A stretch of DNA of 64,000 nucleotides from a virus (IMGVR_UViG_3300010347_002030), one strand, 5' to 3'. Shown: positions 48,734-59,150, counted from the first letter of the stretch. Notes: generated from the sequence alone by a model not told the origin. Translations and numbers: made by a program.

Positions 48734-50008
48734 TTAACTCGTGGTTTGATTCTGATTGTTGTTATAAAGTTGTTCTACGTACCAAGGATCGTCAGCGTTG
48801 ATAAGTCGGTTTTGAATTGGATTGATGAATCGAATATCGAGGGTGAAAATATCGAATTCCATGATGCTTCCTTGTTCACCGGAATCTTGAATCATCAAAG
48901 GAAGCTGTTTAATGACTTCCATGTGTTGTTGAGTGAACTGTTTCCCGTCAAATGTAACAACAATATCGTTGTCTGGCGTTGCAGAAATAGGTTTCACCCG
49001 ACGATACATTTCAAATTTTGAAATTTCTTGTTGTCCTTCGATATAATCCTGTAGGATTGCCATCGGTAAGTCGGCGTAGATAGTATCACACCAAGGTTCA
49101 ATGAACTGCAATAATTGAACCGGACAGTTTTTCACGACGAATCCGATGTTATAACGTGGGTGAACGATTGGAAGCATGTTTTGATCGTGTAGAACATCCA
49201 TATGCCACTTTCTCCACCAGTCACGGAACTTGATTTGGCGAAGCTTTGTGTATTCTTCCGAATCGGCGGAACGTTTCCATACTTGTCCATTTCCAATTGG
49301 GATTTCTTGAACTATTTTGATTCCATCTTTGAATCGGCTTCCTCGGCAAGTCATGTGATATACAAAAGCATCCCTTGCTTGGAGGAGTTCGTATCCTTTG
49401 AGAAGAAAGCGATTGAACAAATCTGAATCTTCTAGTTCCATTGGTGCAAATACTCGTTTATCGTGGCCACCAATAGCAAAAAAATCCTCGACATACATAA
49501 TCCATGGAGCAAAAATTCCTTTTGTGGTTATTCCTGCATTGGTTTTTTGCTCTTGTTCAATGAAACGAAGAAACAAATCCTCTTTGAAATCTTCGGGTTC
49601 CATTCCCATGTCGATGACATATTTTTCTGGTCCCGGTGGATGTAATGGTGGTTCTATTCTTGTTCCGGAAATGACTCTACCACGCCGCAAATGTCTCATC
49701 ATTCGTTCTACATAATTTGGTCCTGCAATCATGTCGGCATGAAAAATTCCGAAGACTTCGTTGGCGGCCATTTTGGCTCCAAGGTCATATAAAACAGTGT
49801 GTCCAACCCGTTCTGGTCCTTCATTGCGAGAAACTTTCACATTTTGATCTTGTGTTTTTTGGTTTAACATCCAATCCCATGTGCCGTCTGTCGATGCATC
49901 ATCCAATAGAATGACTTCCACATCTGGGCCAAGATGCTTACGAATACTATTGTAGGCAAACCTTACATACTTAAGATTGTTCCGTGATGGTATAACGAGT
50001 GTTAGCAT
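48734..50008 (-). CDS. Glycosyltransferase family 2
   Basis: LVIPSRN, LLDDASTDGT, FHADM, EDSDLF, FVYH; ATG 50008 preferred. Confidence 0.9.
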   Translation of the reverse strand: MLTLVIPSRNNLKYVRFAYNSIRKHLGPDVEVILLDDASTDGTWDWMLNQKTQDQNVKVSRNEGPERVGHTVLYDLGAKMAANEVFGIFHADMIAGPNYVERMMRHLRRGRVISGTRIEPPLHPPGPEKYVIDMGMEPEDFKEDLFLRFIEQEQKTNAGITTKGIFAPWIMYVEDFFAIGGHDKRVFAPMELEDSDLFNRFLLKGYELLQARDAFVYHMTCRGSRFKDGIKIVQEIPIGNGQVWKRSADSEEYTKLRQIKFRDWWRKWHMDVLHDQNMLPIVHPRYNIGFVVKNCPVQLLQFIEPWCDTIYADLPMAILQDYIEGQQEISKFEMYRRVKPISATPDNDIVVTFDGKQFTQQHMEVIKQLPLMIQDSGEQGSIMEFDIFTLDIRFINPIQNRLINADDPWYVEQLYNNNQNQTTS

Positions 50009-50946
50009 ATGGATGTAAACCTCCATTTGTAATGGTCCACGATAGATGGGAGAGCTTTGTCGAATTCTTGATGATTAGTCCATCCTGTGGATTTCAGTTT
50101 TGAACAATCAACACTATAACGAACATCCTGTCCCGCTCTGGTGAAATTGAAATCACAATAAGGTGTGATATCATCACTATCCGTTAGAAGTTTTACCACT
50201 TTCTGGGCGACGACGAGGTTGGATTCTTCATAGTTCCCACCAATGTTGAATATTTGATTTCTTAAATCGTTTTTGATGATGTGAATAATAGCGTCGGCGG
50301 TATCGGCGACATGAAGCCATGTTCTTCTTGGAGTTCCTTGATTATGAAGTGGGAATTTTCCTTTTTGGATTACAGCTTTGCATATGCATGGAATGAGTTT
50401 CTCCGGATATTGATAGCATCCATAGTTGTTCGTTGGACGAACTATTGTTGCCTCGATTCCGTAAGTTCTCGACCAAGCAGAAATCAACATATCAGCCGCC
50501 GCTTTGGTTGCAGAATATGGATTACTTGGTTTCAGAGCATCTGTTTCCGTATGAGATCCTTCAACGATGTCTCCATAAACCTCATCGGTACTGAACTGGA
50601 GTAGTAAAGGTTTCCATTTTGATTTCGTAATTAAGTTAAGGAGGTTGTGAACTCCATATACATTTGAATCAATGAATTCTTTACTGGAAGCAATGGAATT
50701 ATCTACATGAGTTTCTGCGGCAGTATTGATGATTATGTCACAAGGCCATAGGGTATTCAGATCTTTGATATCTTTTTCCCAAAACTGAAAATTTGGTTCC
50801 CGACTAAAGACTTCTAACATACCAAGATTGGCAGCATAGGTTTTCTTGTCCACGCCATGAACAAACCATCCCTGATCTAGACATTTTTGAACGATGTGGA
50901 CCCCAATAAACCCGAGACACCCCGTCACATAAACTATTTTTTTCAT
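50002..50946 (-). CDS. rfbB: dTDP-glucose 4,6-dehydratase-like
   Basis: TGCLGFIG, AAETHVDNSI, STDEVYG, YSATK, NNYG..QYPEKLIP, R.GQDVRYS. Confidence 0.9.
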   Translation of the reverse strand: MKKIVYVTGCLGFIGVHIVQKCLDQGWFVHGVDKKTYAANLGMLEVFSREPNFQFWEKDIKDLNTLWPCDIIINTAAETHVDNSIASSKEFIDSNVYGVHNLLNLITKSKWKPLLLQFSTDEVYGDIVEGSHTETDALKPSNPYSATKAAADMLISAWSRTYGIEATIVRPTNNYGCYQYPEKLIPCICKAVIQKGKFPLHNQGTPRRTWLHVADTADAIIHIIKNDLRNQIFNIGGNYEESNLVVAQKVVKLLTDSDDITPYCDFNFTRAGQDVRYSVDCSKLKSTGWTNHQEFDKALPSIVDHYKWRFTSIC

Positions 50947-52277
50947 GTTACTTTTTTGAAGAATTCGTTAACTACTTCTTGAATATAAGTAGTTTGTTCT
51001 TTTGTAATAACTGGACTTGTCCCTAGGAAAAATGTATCTGTTGTAGCTTTTGTGGCATTCGGAAAGAGTTTTTTTATCTTGTTGTAATCGCCATAAGCCG
51101 GAACAAGATCTGAATAGGCTGGTTGAAGCAGTAAGTTTCCACCGAAATAGTTTCTTGTCTGGATTTTTCTATCTTCAAGAAACCGGCAAAACTCAGAACG
51201 TTTAAAGGGGGCTCCATCTTTTACCGTTAATGGAAACGCAAACCATGAAACGTCGGCGTGTTCAATTGCTTTGGGTAGAATAAAGTGTTCTTCGTATTGT
51301 TTGAAAATTGCCAGCAATGCCTCATAGTTTGCCTTTCTTTTAGCAATGATGTCTGGGAGTTTATCCAATTGGGATAGTCCCATAGCGCATTGTAATTCAA
51401 TCGGTTTGAGGTTGTATCCAATTTCCTCATAAACATATTTGTGATCGAAAATTTCCTCTGGGAAAGCTGGAATCCAATTTTTGAAACGACACCCACAAGA
51501 GCCTTTAGTTGACAGATTCGCTGCTTTACCAACACAATAGCATCCTCTTCCCCATTCACGAAGGCTACGAACAACTTTTTCTTGTTCGGCGGTGGAACAA
51601 ACAACAAAACCGCCTTCTCCCATTGTAATATGGTGGGCGGGATAGAAGGAATAGGATGACATTGCACCAAAGGCTCCCAATGGACGACCTCGGTAGGTTG
51701 AACCTAATGCATCACAACAGTCTTCAAGAAAAACAAGTTTATGAGTTGCCACAATATTCATAATGGCATCCATTTCTGGAGGATTTCCCAGAACATGAGC
51801 GAACATGATACCTTTTGCTTGAAAGTAATAAGCAGCCATGTCGGCTTGTTCTGGATTTAAGTTTAAGGTGTCAAGCTCTATATCAACAAACGCAGGAGTA
51901 AACCCATTTTGTAAAATCGGGTTAAGAGTTGTTGGAAAGCCTGCTACCGGAGTTATGATATGACCACGTTTAAGTCCCCATAACCGCTTTGACTTAAGAG
52001 CAGCAACCATTAAGAGATTTGAACTGGATCCACTGTTGGTTACGACACCATACGAGCGGTTAACCAATAAGGGAAATCGTTTTTCAAACTCTACTGCTTT
52101 ATTGCCGAGAACAAGCCATTCATCTAATAATACCGAAATGGCAGAAAGGTATTCTTCATTAGTGTAATATGGGCCAGCATATTGTACCCAATCCTTCCCC
52201 GGTGTCCATTTTTTTGTGGTGTGCTTTTCATTAAAGTACTTGGCAACAAGATCTAAAATAAGGTCTTTGGTGGTCAT
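50943..52277 (-). CDS. rfbH: CDP-4-keto-6-deoxyglucose 3-dehydrase (E1, RfbH/DdhC)
   Basis: NSGSSSNL, EDCCDALG, SFYPAHHITMGEGG (His instead of Schiff-base Lys), WGRGCYC...C.C cluster ligands, FDHKY. Confidence 0.9.
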   Translation of the reverse strand: MTTKDLILDLVAKYFNEKHTTKKWTPGKDWVQYAGPYYTNEEYLSAISVLLDEWLVLGNKAVEFEKRFPLLVNRSYGVVTNSGSSSNLLMVAALKSKRLWGLKRGHIITPVAGFPTTLNPILQNGFTPAFVDIELDTLNLNPEQADMAAYYFQAKGIMFAHVLGNPPEMDAIMNIVATHKLVFLEDCCDALGSTYRGRPLGAFGAMSSYSFYPAHHITMGEGGFVVCSTAEQEKVVRSLREWGRGCYCVGKAANLSTKGSCGCRFKNWIPAFPEEIFDHKYVYEEIGYNLKPIELQCAMGLSQLDKLPDIIAKRKANYEALLAIFKQYEEHFILPKAIEHADVSWFAFPLTVKDGAPFKRSEFCRFLEDRKIQTRNYFGGNLLLQPAYSDLVPAYGDYNKIKKLFPNATKATTDTFFLGTSPVITKEQTTYIQEVVNEFFKKVT

Positions 52278-52963
52278 GATGTAAAGATAGCAATGAAATC
52301 TTTGAGTTTTTGAGCATCTCTGGCTCGATCTCCTTCTAGACTTTTGTAATAAGCTCCGATATCGCCAGCAACCTCGATGCGTTTTTGATATGTTTCATCC
52401 TGTGGAGCTTTTCCGACGGCGGGGTGTATGTGCTCAATAATTAGATTTGGCATATAACATTTTCTTCCTATTCTTTCAGCCAAATCTGTTATCCACTCAT
52501 CGGTATAGGCAGACGCCAGTTTTGGTGGAAGTACATATCCAACCAACTCAACCCAATACCGATGAATGAATCCATGGGTTCCAATTCTGCCCCTTTGAAA
52601 ACCGTCTTCTCCATATACGAACAAAATTCTGTCTTCATATTTGGCAAATTCTTGTTCAACGATAACATCCCATTGTGGCGTCTTAAACACAATATCATCG
52701 GCACCAAAGAAAAAGATGTCGCCTTGAGCAAGCTTGCCGAGTTCGTTATACATTTGGCTACCAATGAGTTTGTTTCCTTGAACAGCATTTACGTTAAGAC
52801 GCTCGGCGGCATATTGTAAAGCTGGAATAGACTCTTCGTCATCGTCGTCTATGTAAACTAATAATTCAACGTTTTGGACATTGCTTACGGTATTGATGAT
52901 ACTGTCCACAAAACGAATGACGTTCTGTGGACGTTTTCTGGTTGGGGCTATAATACTAATCAT
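52274..52963 (-). CDS. Glycosyltransferase family 2-like
   Basis: ISIIAPTRKRP, YIDDDD, GADDIVF, YTDEW, IIEHIH. Confidence 0.8.
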   Translation of the reverse strand: MISIIAPTRKRPQNVIRFVDSIINTVSNVQNVELLVYIDDDDEESIPALQYAAERLNVNAVQGNKLIGSQMYNELGKLAQGDIFFFGADDIVFKTPQWDVIVEQEFAKYEDRILFVYGEDGFQRGRIGTHGFIHRYWVELVGYVLPPKLASAYTDEWITDLAERIGRKCYMPNLIIEHIHPAVGKAPQDETYQKRIEVAGDIGAYYKSLEGDRARDAQKLKDFIAIFTS

Positions 52964-53892
52964 ACAATAGTTTCAGATTGATATTTTTCGTAATCAAATA
53001 GGTTAGGAGTTAAAAAGAGTTTTTCTTTTATAAATGGACCTAAACCGGGGTCTAGTGCAAACCCGTTTTCGTCGAATTTGGATGGGTCGTGGTCAAAAAT
53101 GTGTGCCCATTCGTCATACCCGAATCCAGTTGAACGGGCTCGTGGGTCATTTAAAATATCTAACATATCTAACCCAAACATAAGATTGTTCCAGTATCCC
53201 TTGGGACCAAGGTGGTCAAAGCCAGATGTGGCTCCATCAGCCGATTTAGTATGATAGATGACCAAATCTTTCACGACAACCCACTGTAGTTTGAGAGCAG
53301 CAAGCATAAAGGAAAATACTGATTCTGTACAGTATGCTTTGAAAATATCCGGAATTAAATGTCCGTAATATTGCAGCACACGGTCATCGTAAAGATTGAA
53401 ATGGAGGTTAATGCACTTACCCACCGGAACAATGAAATCTTGACCAACCCAGACATGATCGGTGGGAAGACCGAACCAATTTTCCTTGCCCATGTCCGTA
53501 TTTGTTTGGAGTGTCACGATACCATATTTACCTGTGACAAATCGCTTGTGCATTTCTTGTAGAGCATGGGTATGATTTTGAACATCCACACCAGAATCAA
53601 CGTAAAGGTACCCATCGTATCTACCCTTTCGTTTAATGATTTCCTGAACAGCTTTGTTGAAAGTAATATTGACTGGTTGAATCTCGTCCATGAAGCAATA
53701 CATGAGACGTTTTCCGAATTTCTTTTGAAGTCCTGTTTTTGTGGCGTTGTGCATAGCACATCCACTTACAACGGTATCGAAAGAAAATCCATTGGTAGTT
53801 TGTTTAAGCAGACTTTCAAGATGTTTGATATAGAGAAACAAATTGTTTTTCTGAATCTCACACGTATTGAATATGACGAGATATTTTTTCAT
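52960..53892 (-). CDS. Divergent GT-A-like protein (paralogue of 63553..64000)
   Basis: TFNKAV...YLYVDSGVD; PDIFKAYCTES shared with the paralogue. Confidence 0.55.
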   Translation of the reverse strand: MKKYLVIFNTCEIQKNNLFLYIKHLESLLKQTTNGFSFDTVVSGCAMHNATKTGLQKKFGKRLMYCFMDEIQPVNITFNKAVQEIIKRKGRYDGYLYVDSGVDVQNHTHALQEMHKRFVTGKYGIVTLQTNTDMGKENWFGLPTDHVWVGQDFIVPVGKCINLHFNLYDDRVLQYYGHLIPDIFKAYCTESVFSFMLAALKLQWVVVKDLVIYHTKSADGATSGFDHLGPKGYWNNLMFGLDMLDILNDPRARSTGFGYDEWAHIFDHDPSKFDENGFALDPGLGPFIKEKLFLTPNLFDYEKYQSETIV

Positions 53893-55415
53893 TAATCTCC
53901 GAGAAGTTTTCTCTTCAATTTGATTTTAGCCATTTCTTCAACGTTTCGTCGTTGCTGTAATCCAAACTTACGTTCAACCAAATTTAGATAGGCCGGATTT
54001 GTGAAATAAGTATGCCACGCATTGTCACGAAATGCCAGCACTTCGGCAGATGTGCAATACTTCGTTGGAAGCGGTTCTGACTCATAACTCAAGAAAGCGT
54101 ATCCTTCTGGAGTGGATGGTAATTTCCAACCTTCTCGGATAGCACGAACATATAGAGGACTTCCCGGTAAGGCCATACAAGGATACATATTGGTTGTCTC
54201 GGCGTTGATTTCTAATGCAAGATCCAACGTTGCTTGCATACTTTCTCTGGTATCATCCGGAAAACCAAAAATGAAGTTACTGATAACATTGATATCGGCA
54301 GCTTGGATGTCTTTACACACCTGACGGATATTAACATTCTGGAAGCTTCCTTTACTGACTTCGGTTCTGATTTCTTGCTTGGCGGCTTCGATGCCTAAAG
54401 CAAGCCAATTGATTCCGGCTTTTTTGAATAATTCGAGATATTGTTTACGAACTGTGTCGATACGGGCATAAGCCCACATGTTAAATTTCATCTTTCGGTC
54501 TATGATGTTATTCAATAAGGGTTCAAAGTAACGTTTGTCGAGAAAAAACATTTCATCAGACAGACGTACCGTTTCTACACCATAAGTGGCAAGTTTTTCA
54601 AACTCTTTGGTAATAAAGTTCGGAGACCAGAACCGCATAATGCGACTATCCGCAGAAGAAATTCCATCGGAATTATCTTTACGGTTGAGAATGTTAATCA
54701 TACAGAAATCACAGCCAAATCGGCATCCTAAGCTGGTATAAATAGCCGCAAATGGTGTTCTACGAGGTTTATCGAAGTTGACATGCCAAAAGTGAGCCCG
54801 ATATAAATCAAATGGTTTTTGTTTGTACGGGAGTAAATCCCACGCATATCCCGGTAAGTCTTGGTCCATCTTGTCATTTGGAACCACGAATTCTGGGGGA
54901 TTAAGAACACTAAGGCCATTTGGTTTCCAACCTATTCCCCTGACTTTCTGTAAATCTTCCGATGTTTTCAGATCGGTTAGAAGAAGATTGCGTAAGGCAT
55001 AAACACCTTCGTTAAGGAGTACAAAGTCAACAAACGGTTTGGCTAAGACTTCTTTAGGTAGAGCACTTACATGTGAACCAACCATGCAAATAGGAAGACT
55101 TGGTAAAGCTTCCTTAAGTTTCTCGCCAGTGCGGTAGGCTCCAATCATCATGGTTGTTCCAGAGTTTGGGTTCTGTCCATACATCACGAAAACTACCAAT
55201 CGTGGTTTTAACTCTTCTACACGACGAACTACCTGTTCGTCGGTTAATCGTTCAGCATTGGCGTCTAGAATGCCAACTTTAAATCCAACTGAACGACAAC
55301 TTTGGGCTAGTAGTAAAGACCACGTTGGTGTTTCAATAGCACTAAATTCGTCGGCAAGTGCTTGATAAGCTTCCTTGGCGGTATTTGGTTCGATGAATAA
55401 TACGTCTAAGTTCAT
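53892..55415 (-). CDS. B12-binding radical SAM protein (class B-like)
   Basis: N-terminal cobalamin-binding domain (ILDANAE, GSHVSALP), TSLGCRFGCDFC, LGIE, FIFGFPDDT, PGSPLY; ATGA overlap at 55415. Confidence 0.9.
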   Translation of the reverse strand: MNLDVLFIEPNTAKEAYQALADEFSAIETPTWSLLLAQSCRSVGFKVGILDANAERLTDEQVVRRVEELKPRLVVFVMYGQNPNSGTTMMIGAYRTGEKLKEALPSLPICMVGSHVSALPKEVLAKPFVDFVLLNEGVYALRNLLLTDLKTSEDLQKVRGIGWKPNGLSVLNPPEFVVPNDKMDQDLPGYAWDLLPYKQKPFDLYRAHFWHVNFDKPRRTPFAAIYTSLGCRFGCDFCMINILNRKDNSDGISSADSRIMRFWSPNFITKEFEKLATYGVETVRLSDEMFFLDKRYFEPLLNNIIDRKMKFNMWAYARIDTVRKQYLELFKKAGINWLALGIEAAKQEIRTEVSKGSFQNVNIRQVCKDIQAADINVISNFIFGFPDDTRESMQATLDLALEINAETTNMYPCMALPGSPLYVRAIREGWKLPSTPEGYAFLSYESEPLPTKYCTSAEVLAFRDNAWHTYFTNPAYLNLVERKFGLQQRRNVEEMAKIKLKRKLLGD

Positions 55416-55960
55416 GAGTCCCTTTTTGATACAATTGGTTCTTTTACCGGCCAAAATACATTATATTTTGGGTCATTCCATTTAACATGAAGTTGCTGTT
55501 CAATTGGAACGTATGTGTCTGAAAGTTTGTAACTAAAAATACACGTTTCAGATAAACAAAGATGTGCGTTTACACACCCAGATGGAATAAGTATTTGAGT
55601 CCTATTTCTTTCGTTCAAATAAAATGTTTCCACCTTGTCTTTTGTTTCGCCTTCACGTAGATCGATAACAACGAGTTGGATCGAACCTTGGATACATTGA
55701 ACCAGTTTCCATGCTTTGGCGTCTCCGTGAAATCCTCTAAGCACATCCTTTTTTGAAAAAGAAAAGGAATCCACATTGAACGTCAATTTTGGTAAATTCA
55801 GTTTGTTAAGCATCTCCAGCATTTCAATACTGCTGAACGTTTGAACGTTTTCTCCCCGGTGGTCATAAAATACGTTTGGGTGAATGACAACCAATCCGTT
55901 TATTTTTTTGGATTCTTCAAATCGCATGTTACATCTCTCTACAAATCGTATTTTAGACAT
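55412..55960 (-). CDS. rfbC: dTDP-4-dehydrorhamnose 3,5-epimerase-like cupin
   Basis: DHRG, SKKDVLRGFH, KLVQC, IDLR, WNDP...WP...SKRD; start may be ATG 55927. Confidence 0.88.
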   Translation of the reverse strand: MSKIRFVERCNMRFEESKKINGLVVIHPNVFYDHRGENVQTFSSIEMLEMLNKLNLPKLTFNVDSFSFSKKDVLRGFHGDAKAWKLVQCIQGSIQLVVIDLREGETKDKVETFYLNERNRTQILIPSGCVNAHLCLSETCIFSYKLSDTYVPIEQQLHVKWNDPKYNVFWPVKEPIVSKRDS

Positions 55961-56915
55961 CCGAGAACGGACAATTGGTGTGTTTTATAATTGGACAAGC
56001 TTCTAACACTTCTCGAATTGAATCGTCCAAGGAATATTTTGGAGTCCAACCGGTCGCTTCCAATTTTTGATTGGAAACAATGTAATTTCTTTGATCTGGG
56101 TCTTTGTTAATTGGAGACTCGGTGATAAAGAAATCCGGAACTTGTTTTTTGATGGCAAGGCACAGGTCCATTTTATTTACATTTGCTGACGTGTTACCAA
56201 GATTGTAAACCTGACCTCGCATTTTTTCTTGGTTGATAATACCTAATAGAATAGCACTAGCCACATCACGCACATGAATGAAGTTTCGTAAAAAATTTGA
56301 CTCGAAAAGGACTATGAAACGGTCATTCCATGCTCTCCATGTGAAATCATTAACGAGCAAATCCATACGCATTTTACGGGACACCCCCATAACCGTTGCC
56401 AAACGGAATGTGATGTTGTTTCCGGAAGCCATAATTGCTTTTTCGGCAGCACATTTAGTCTTTCCGTAAATGGAGATTGGACTCAAAGGGGTTTCTTCGG
56501 TGCAAAATACAGCTTTACCTTCAACGTGCTGACCAAGACCATAACCTGAGTTTGTATTGGCGTGAATAACCAATTGTTCTGGGGTTACTGTCCTTGCCAA
56601 GAATTCAGCACTATCTTGATTAACTTGGCGAGCCTCGATAGGAAAACGATTGCAGATTGGCATTCCAACATAGGCAGCAAGGTTCACAATAACGTCGTGT
56701 TTGGTGATTTGTTCTTTGTAAAGTACTTCGTTTCGAACATCTCCTAAAACAAAACGAAATTTTGGGTTATTACAATATTCCAAGATACCATGTTGTCGAT
56801 GTATGAGGTTATCGAATACAGTAACTTGAAACCCCGCATCCAGAAGAGTTTCAGTTAGAATGTTTCCAATGTATCCAGCTCCACCAGTTATTAATATTTT
56901 TGTCATAGTTATCAT
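55953..56915 (-). CDS. NAD-dependent nucleotide-sugar epimerase/reductase
   Basis: TGGAGYIG, YGKTK, FRLATVMG..RMDLLVNDF, DPDQRNY. Confidence 0.88.
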   Translation of the reverse strand: MITMTKILITGGAGYIGNILTETLLDAGFQVTVFDNLIHRQHGILEYCNNPKFRFVLGDVRNEVLYKEQITKHDVIVNLAAYVGMPICNRFPIEARQVNQDSAEFLARTVTPEQLVIHANTNSGYGLGQHVEGKAVFCTEETPLSPISIYGKTKCAAEKAIMASGNNITFRLATVMGVSRKMRMDLLVNDFTWRAWNDRFIVLFESNFLRNFIHVRDVASAILLGIINQEKMRGQVYNLGNTSANVNKMDLCLAIKKQVPDFFITESPINKDPDQRNYIVSNQKLEATGWTPKYSLDDSIREVLEACPIIKHTNCPFSDV

Positions 56916-57877
56916 TGATCCCAGAAACGATACAATTCTTCTATGAAGTAATCTACGCTCTTGTCAAACGGTATGACAGGCTTCCATCCTGTATCTCTGG
57001 TAAATTTTTCCATACTTGGAATTTGAACTGTGATGTCTGACGGTCGTAGAAGGGCAGGATTCTGATAGGTTTTCACGGAGACATTCATTTTATTAATTAG
57101 CATCTCCAAGAAGTCGCCAATTCGGATTCCAACAGTTCCGCCTATATTGTAAACCTCCCCCATCTTACATTTTTGCGTTGCAATCCAATAAGCTTCTGCG
57201 GCTTCACGAACATCAATGAACGTTCTAACGGTTTCCAAGTTTCCATGTTCAAGCACTTTTCGTGTTCCATGCTTGATTTCCAAAATCTGTTTTGCAAACG
57301 CCGTAGCGAACAAGTCTGCTCTACGAGCGTTTAGATAAGTGAACATTCTCGTTCGAACTATGTTCATTCCATAGTTTAGGAAATACACATAACCTAGATT
57401 GTCCTGAGCCATTTTAGAGACAGCATAGGGGTTAATTGGTTTGAGAGGACAATCTTCGGTAATGGGAATGTGTTCTGGTCCAACCGCTCCATACACTTCT
57501 GACGTGCTGCAAATCTGAATGATTGGATTATACCCACTCTTGTTTTTTAAAAGTCTTATTGCTTCTAAGAGGTTCAACGTTATGTTAACGTTGTTTGTAA
57601 CTACTTCATGTGGGTAATCAAACGATTTTCTGACATTGGCCATTGAAGCAATGTGCATTATAATATCCGGACGGTCTTCATCGAAGAGTCTGTAAACAGA
57701 TAAAGAATCGTTCAAATCTAGATATCGTATTTGTAGTTTGTCTTTGATATGAGCGATATTCTTTGATGGAGCGTGGGATCGAGTTGTTCCAATAACCGTG
57801 ACACCCACTTTTTCCAGTAGATATTCGGCCAAGTAACTTCCTCCGCTTCCAGTAATTCCGGTTATTAGAACTTTCAT
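56912..57877 (-). CDS. GDP-mannose 4,6-dehydratase-like SDR
   Basis: ITGITGSGGSYLAE, STSEVYG, PYAVSK, GNLETVRTFIDVR, LRPSD. Confidence 0.85.
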   Translation of the reverse strand: MKVLITGITGSGGSYLAEYLLEKVGVTVIGTTRSHAPSKNIAHIKDKLQIRYLDLNDSLSVYRLFDEDRPDIIMHIASMANVRKSFDYPHEVVTNNVNITLNLLEAIRLLKNKSGYNPIIQICSTSEVYGAVGPEHIPITEDCPLKPINPYAVSKMAQDNLGYVYFLNYGMNIVRTRMFTYLNARRADLFATAFAKQILEIKHGTRKVLEHGNLETVRTFIDVREAAEAYWIATQKCKMGEVYNIGGTVGIRIGDFLEMLINKMNVSVKTYQNPALLRPSDITVQIPSMEKFTRDTGWKPVIPFDKSVDYFIEELYRFWDQ

Positions 57878-57903
57878 GATACTGATTTCAATAATATTGA
57901 TGA

Positions 57904-57932
57904 ACTATACACTTTTTGTAAAGGAATAGCAA
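57904..57932 (-). promoter_or_regulatory. Sigma70-like internal promoter in the sugar cluster
   Basis: TTGCTA-17 nt-TATAGT in a 61-nt intergenic gap of the otherwise tightly packed cluster. Confidence 0.5.
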
Positions 57933-57938
57933 CATATT

Positions 57939-59150
57939 TTATTTTTCTTTTGATAAGATGTCGTGCGCTCTTTGTAGAATTGAAGAACTAGAATCACTTT
58001 TCTCCCCTCCTACGTTGTAGATCATTTTTATACCTAAACGTTGACATGTTTCTTGTTCTTTCGAAGGGGCACTAGTGGGCTTTCTATCTCCTCCGTTACA
58101 AAATATAGATGGACGAACTATTTCTAACGTTTTCGAAACTGTCCCATCTTCATCTATTGCTATAATAGTCTCGTCCACTCCTCGAATGTTTCGGACAATA
58201 TATTCTCGGCTTTTTTCATTTACGACGACAGGAGTGGATTTCATTGCCGCTTGTTTGTCTGAGTTTACGATTACCACAAGATACCCCCCGAGTTTTCTCG
58301 CTTCGGTTATATAGTCTATGTGACCTTTGTGAAGAATTTGAAAGTATCCACTTACTGCTACAACCGGAGTGTATCTTTTTGTAATTTTCCTACAGATATC
58401 CAATAGACGTTCTGTGGAAAGAGTAGATTTGATGAGACTGACATTTTTATCAATCCATTGAATGTTTCCTTTAACATAACCAAGAGCGTTATTTTTTAGG
58501 TCCAACGAAGCATTTCCGATTCCTCGACGGGAAGTAAAAAATAAATCTTTTCCGGTTAATGCACATTTTCCTCCTTGTTCCAAAAAAAGAACATTCAGAT
58601 CGTCAATTGATATGGAAAAGTCAAGGTTTCTGTCTTTTGCTCTTCTTTTTATCTCTGTAAACGTCTTTTTTCCGATATAGCCACACCCCTTGAAGTTTTT
58701 GTGATGATTGAGGGAGTACATGGGAATTCCATAGAATGGTTTAGGCATGTGTCGGTATTGATGTATGCTTATGCACCGATTTAGGAATTCGGATTGGGAA
58801 AGATTGTTTTTCATCCGATTCACGTCTTTATGAATCCATTGGAGGTTTCCTTTTACATAGCCCTGCCTTGAGTCGATTCTATCTAAAAAGGCATTTCCGA
58901 CCTCGAAATCAATGGGTTCTCCTGTAAAAACACACTTTCGGTCTTGTGAGAGATACAGTTCCTCCAATAATGAAATTGAAACGTCAAAGGTAATAAATCG
59001 AGTCTTTGCATTTCGCAGTAAGGAATGATAATAGTCCAACGGAATAAAATTTCCTCCCTCCCATCGGCTGTGCTCATGCCCCCGGCGAGTTCTTAGACAG
59101 CGTTTTAAGCATGTTTTTGTTCGTAAAATATTGGATTCTTGAATCATCAT
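57939..59150 (-). CDS. Fusion: tandem HNH-like nuclease repeats + cytidylyltransferase-like (RfaE-II/TagD/RibL) domain
   Basis: Two KC..TG...LD.....GYVKGN.QWI repeats; C-terminal VAVSGYFQILHKGHIDY...VIVNSD...FCNGGDR...KSDSSS. Confidence 0.8.
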   Translation of the reverse strand: MMIQESNILRTKTCLKRCLRTRRGHEHSRWEGGNFIPLDYYHSLLRNAKTRFITFDVSISLLEELYLSQDRKCVFTGEPIDFEVGNAFLDRIDSRQGYVKGNLQWIHKDVNRMKNNLSQSEFLNRCISIHQYRHMPKPFYGIPMYSLNHHKNFKGCGYIGKKTFTEIKRRAKDRNLDFSISIDDLNVLFLEQGGKCALTGKDLFFTSRRGIGNASLDLKNNALGYVKGNIQWIDKNVSLIKSTLSTERLLDICRKITKRYTPVVAVSGYFQILHKGHIDYITEARKLGGYLVVIVNSDKQAAMKSTPVVVNEKSREYIVRNIRGVDETIIAIDEDGTVSKTLEIVRPSIFCNGGDRKPTSAPSKEQETCQRLGIKMIYNVGGEKSDSSSSILQRAHDILSKEK

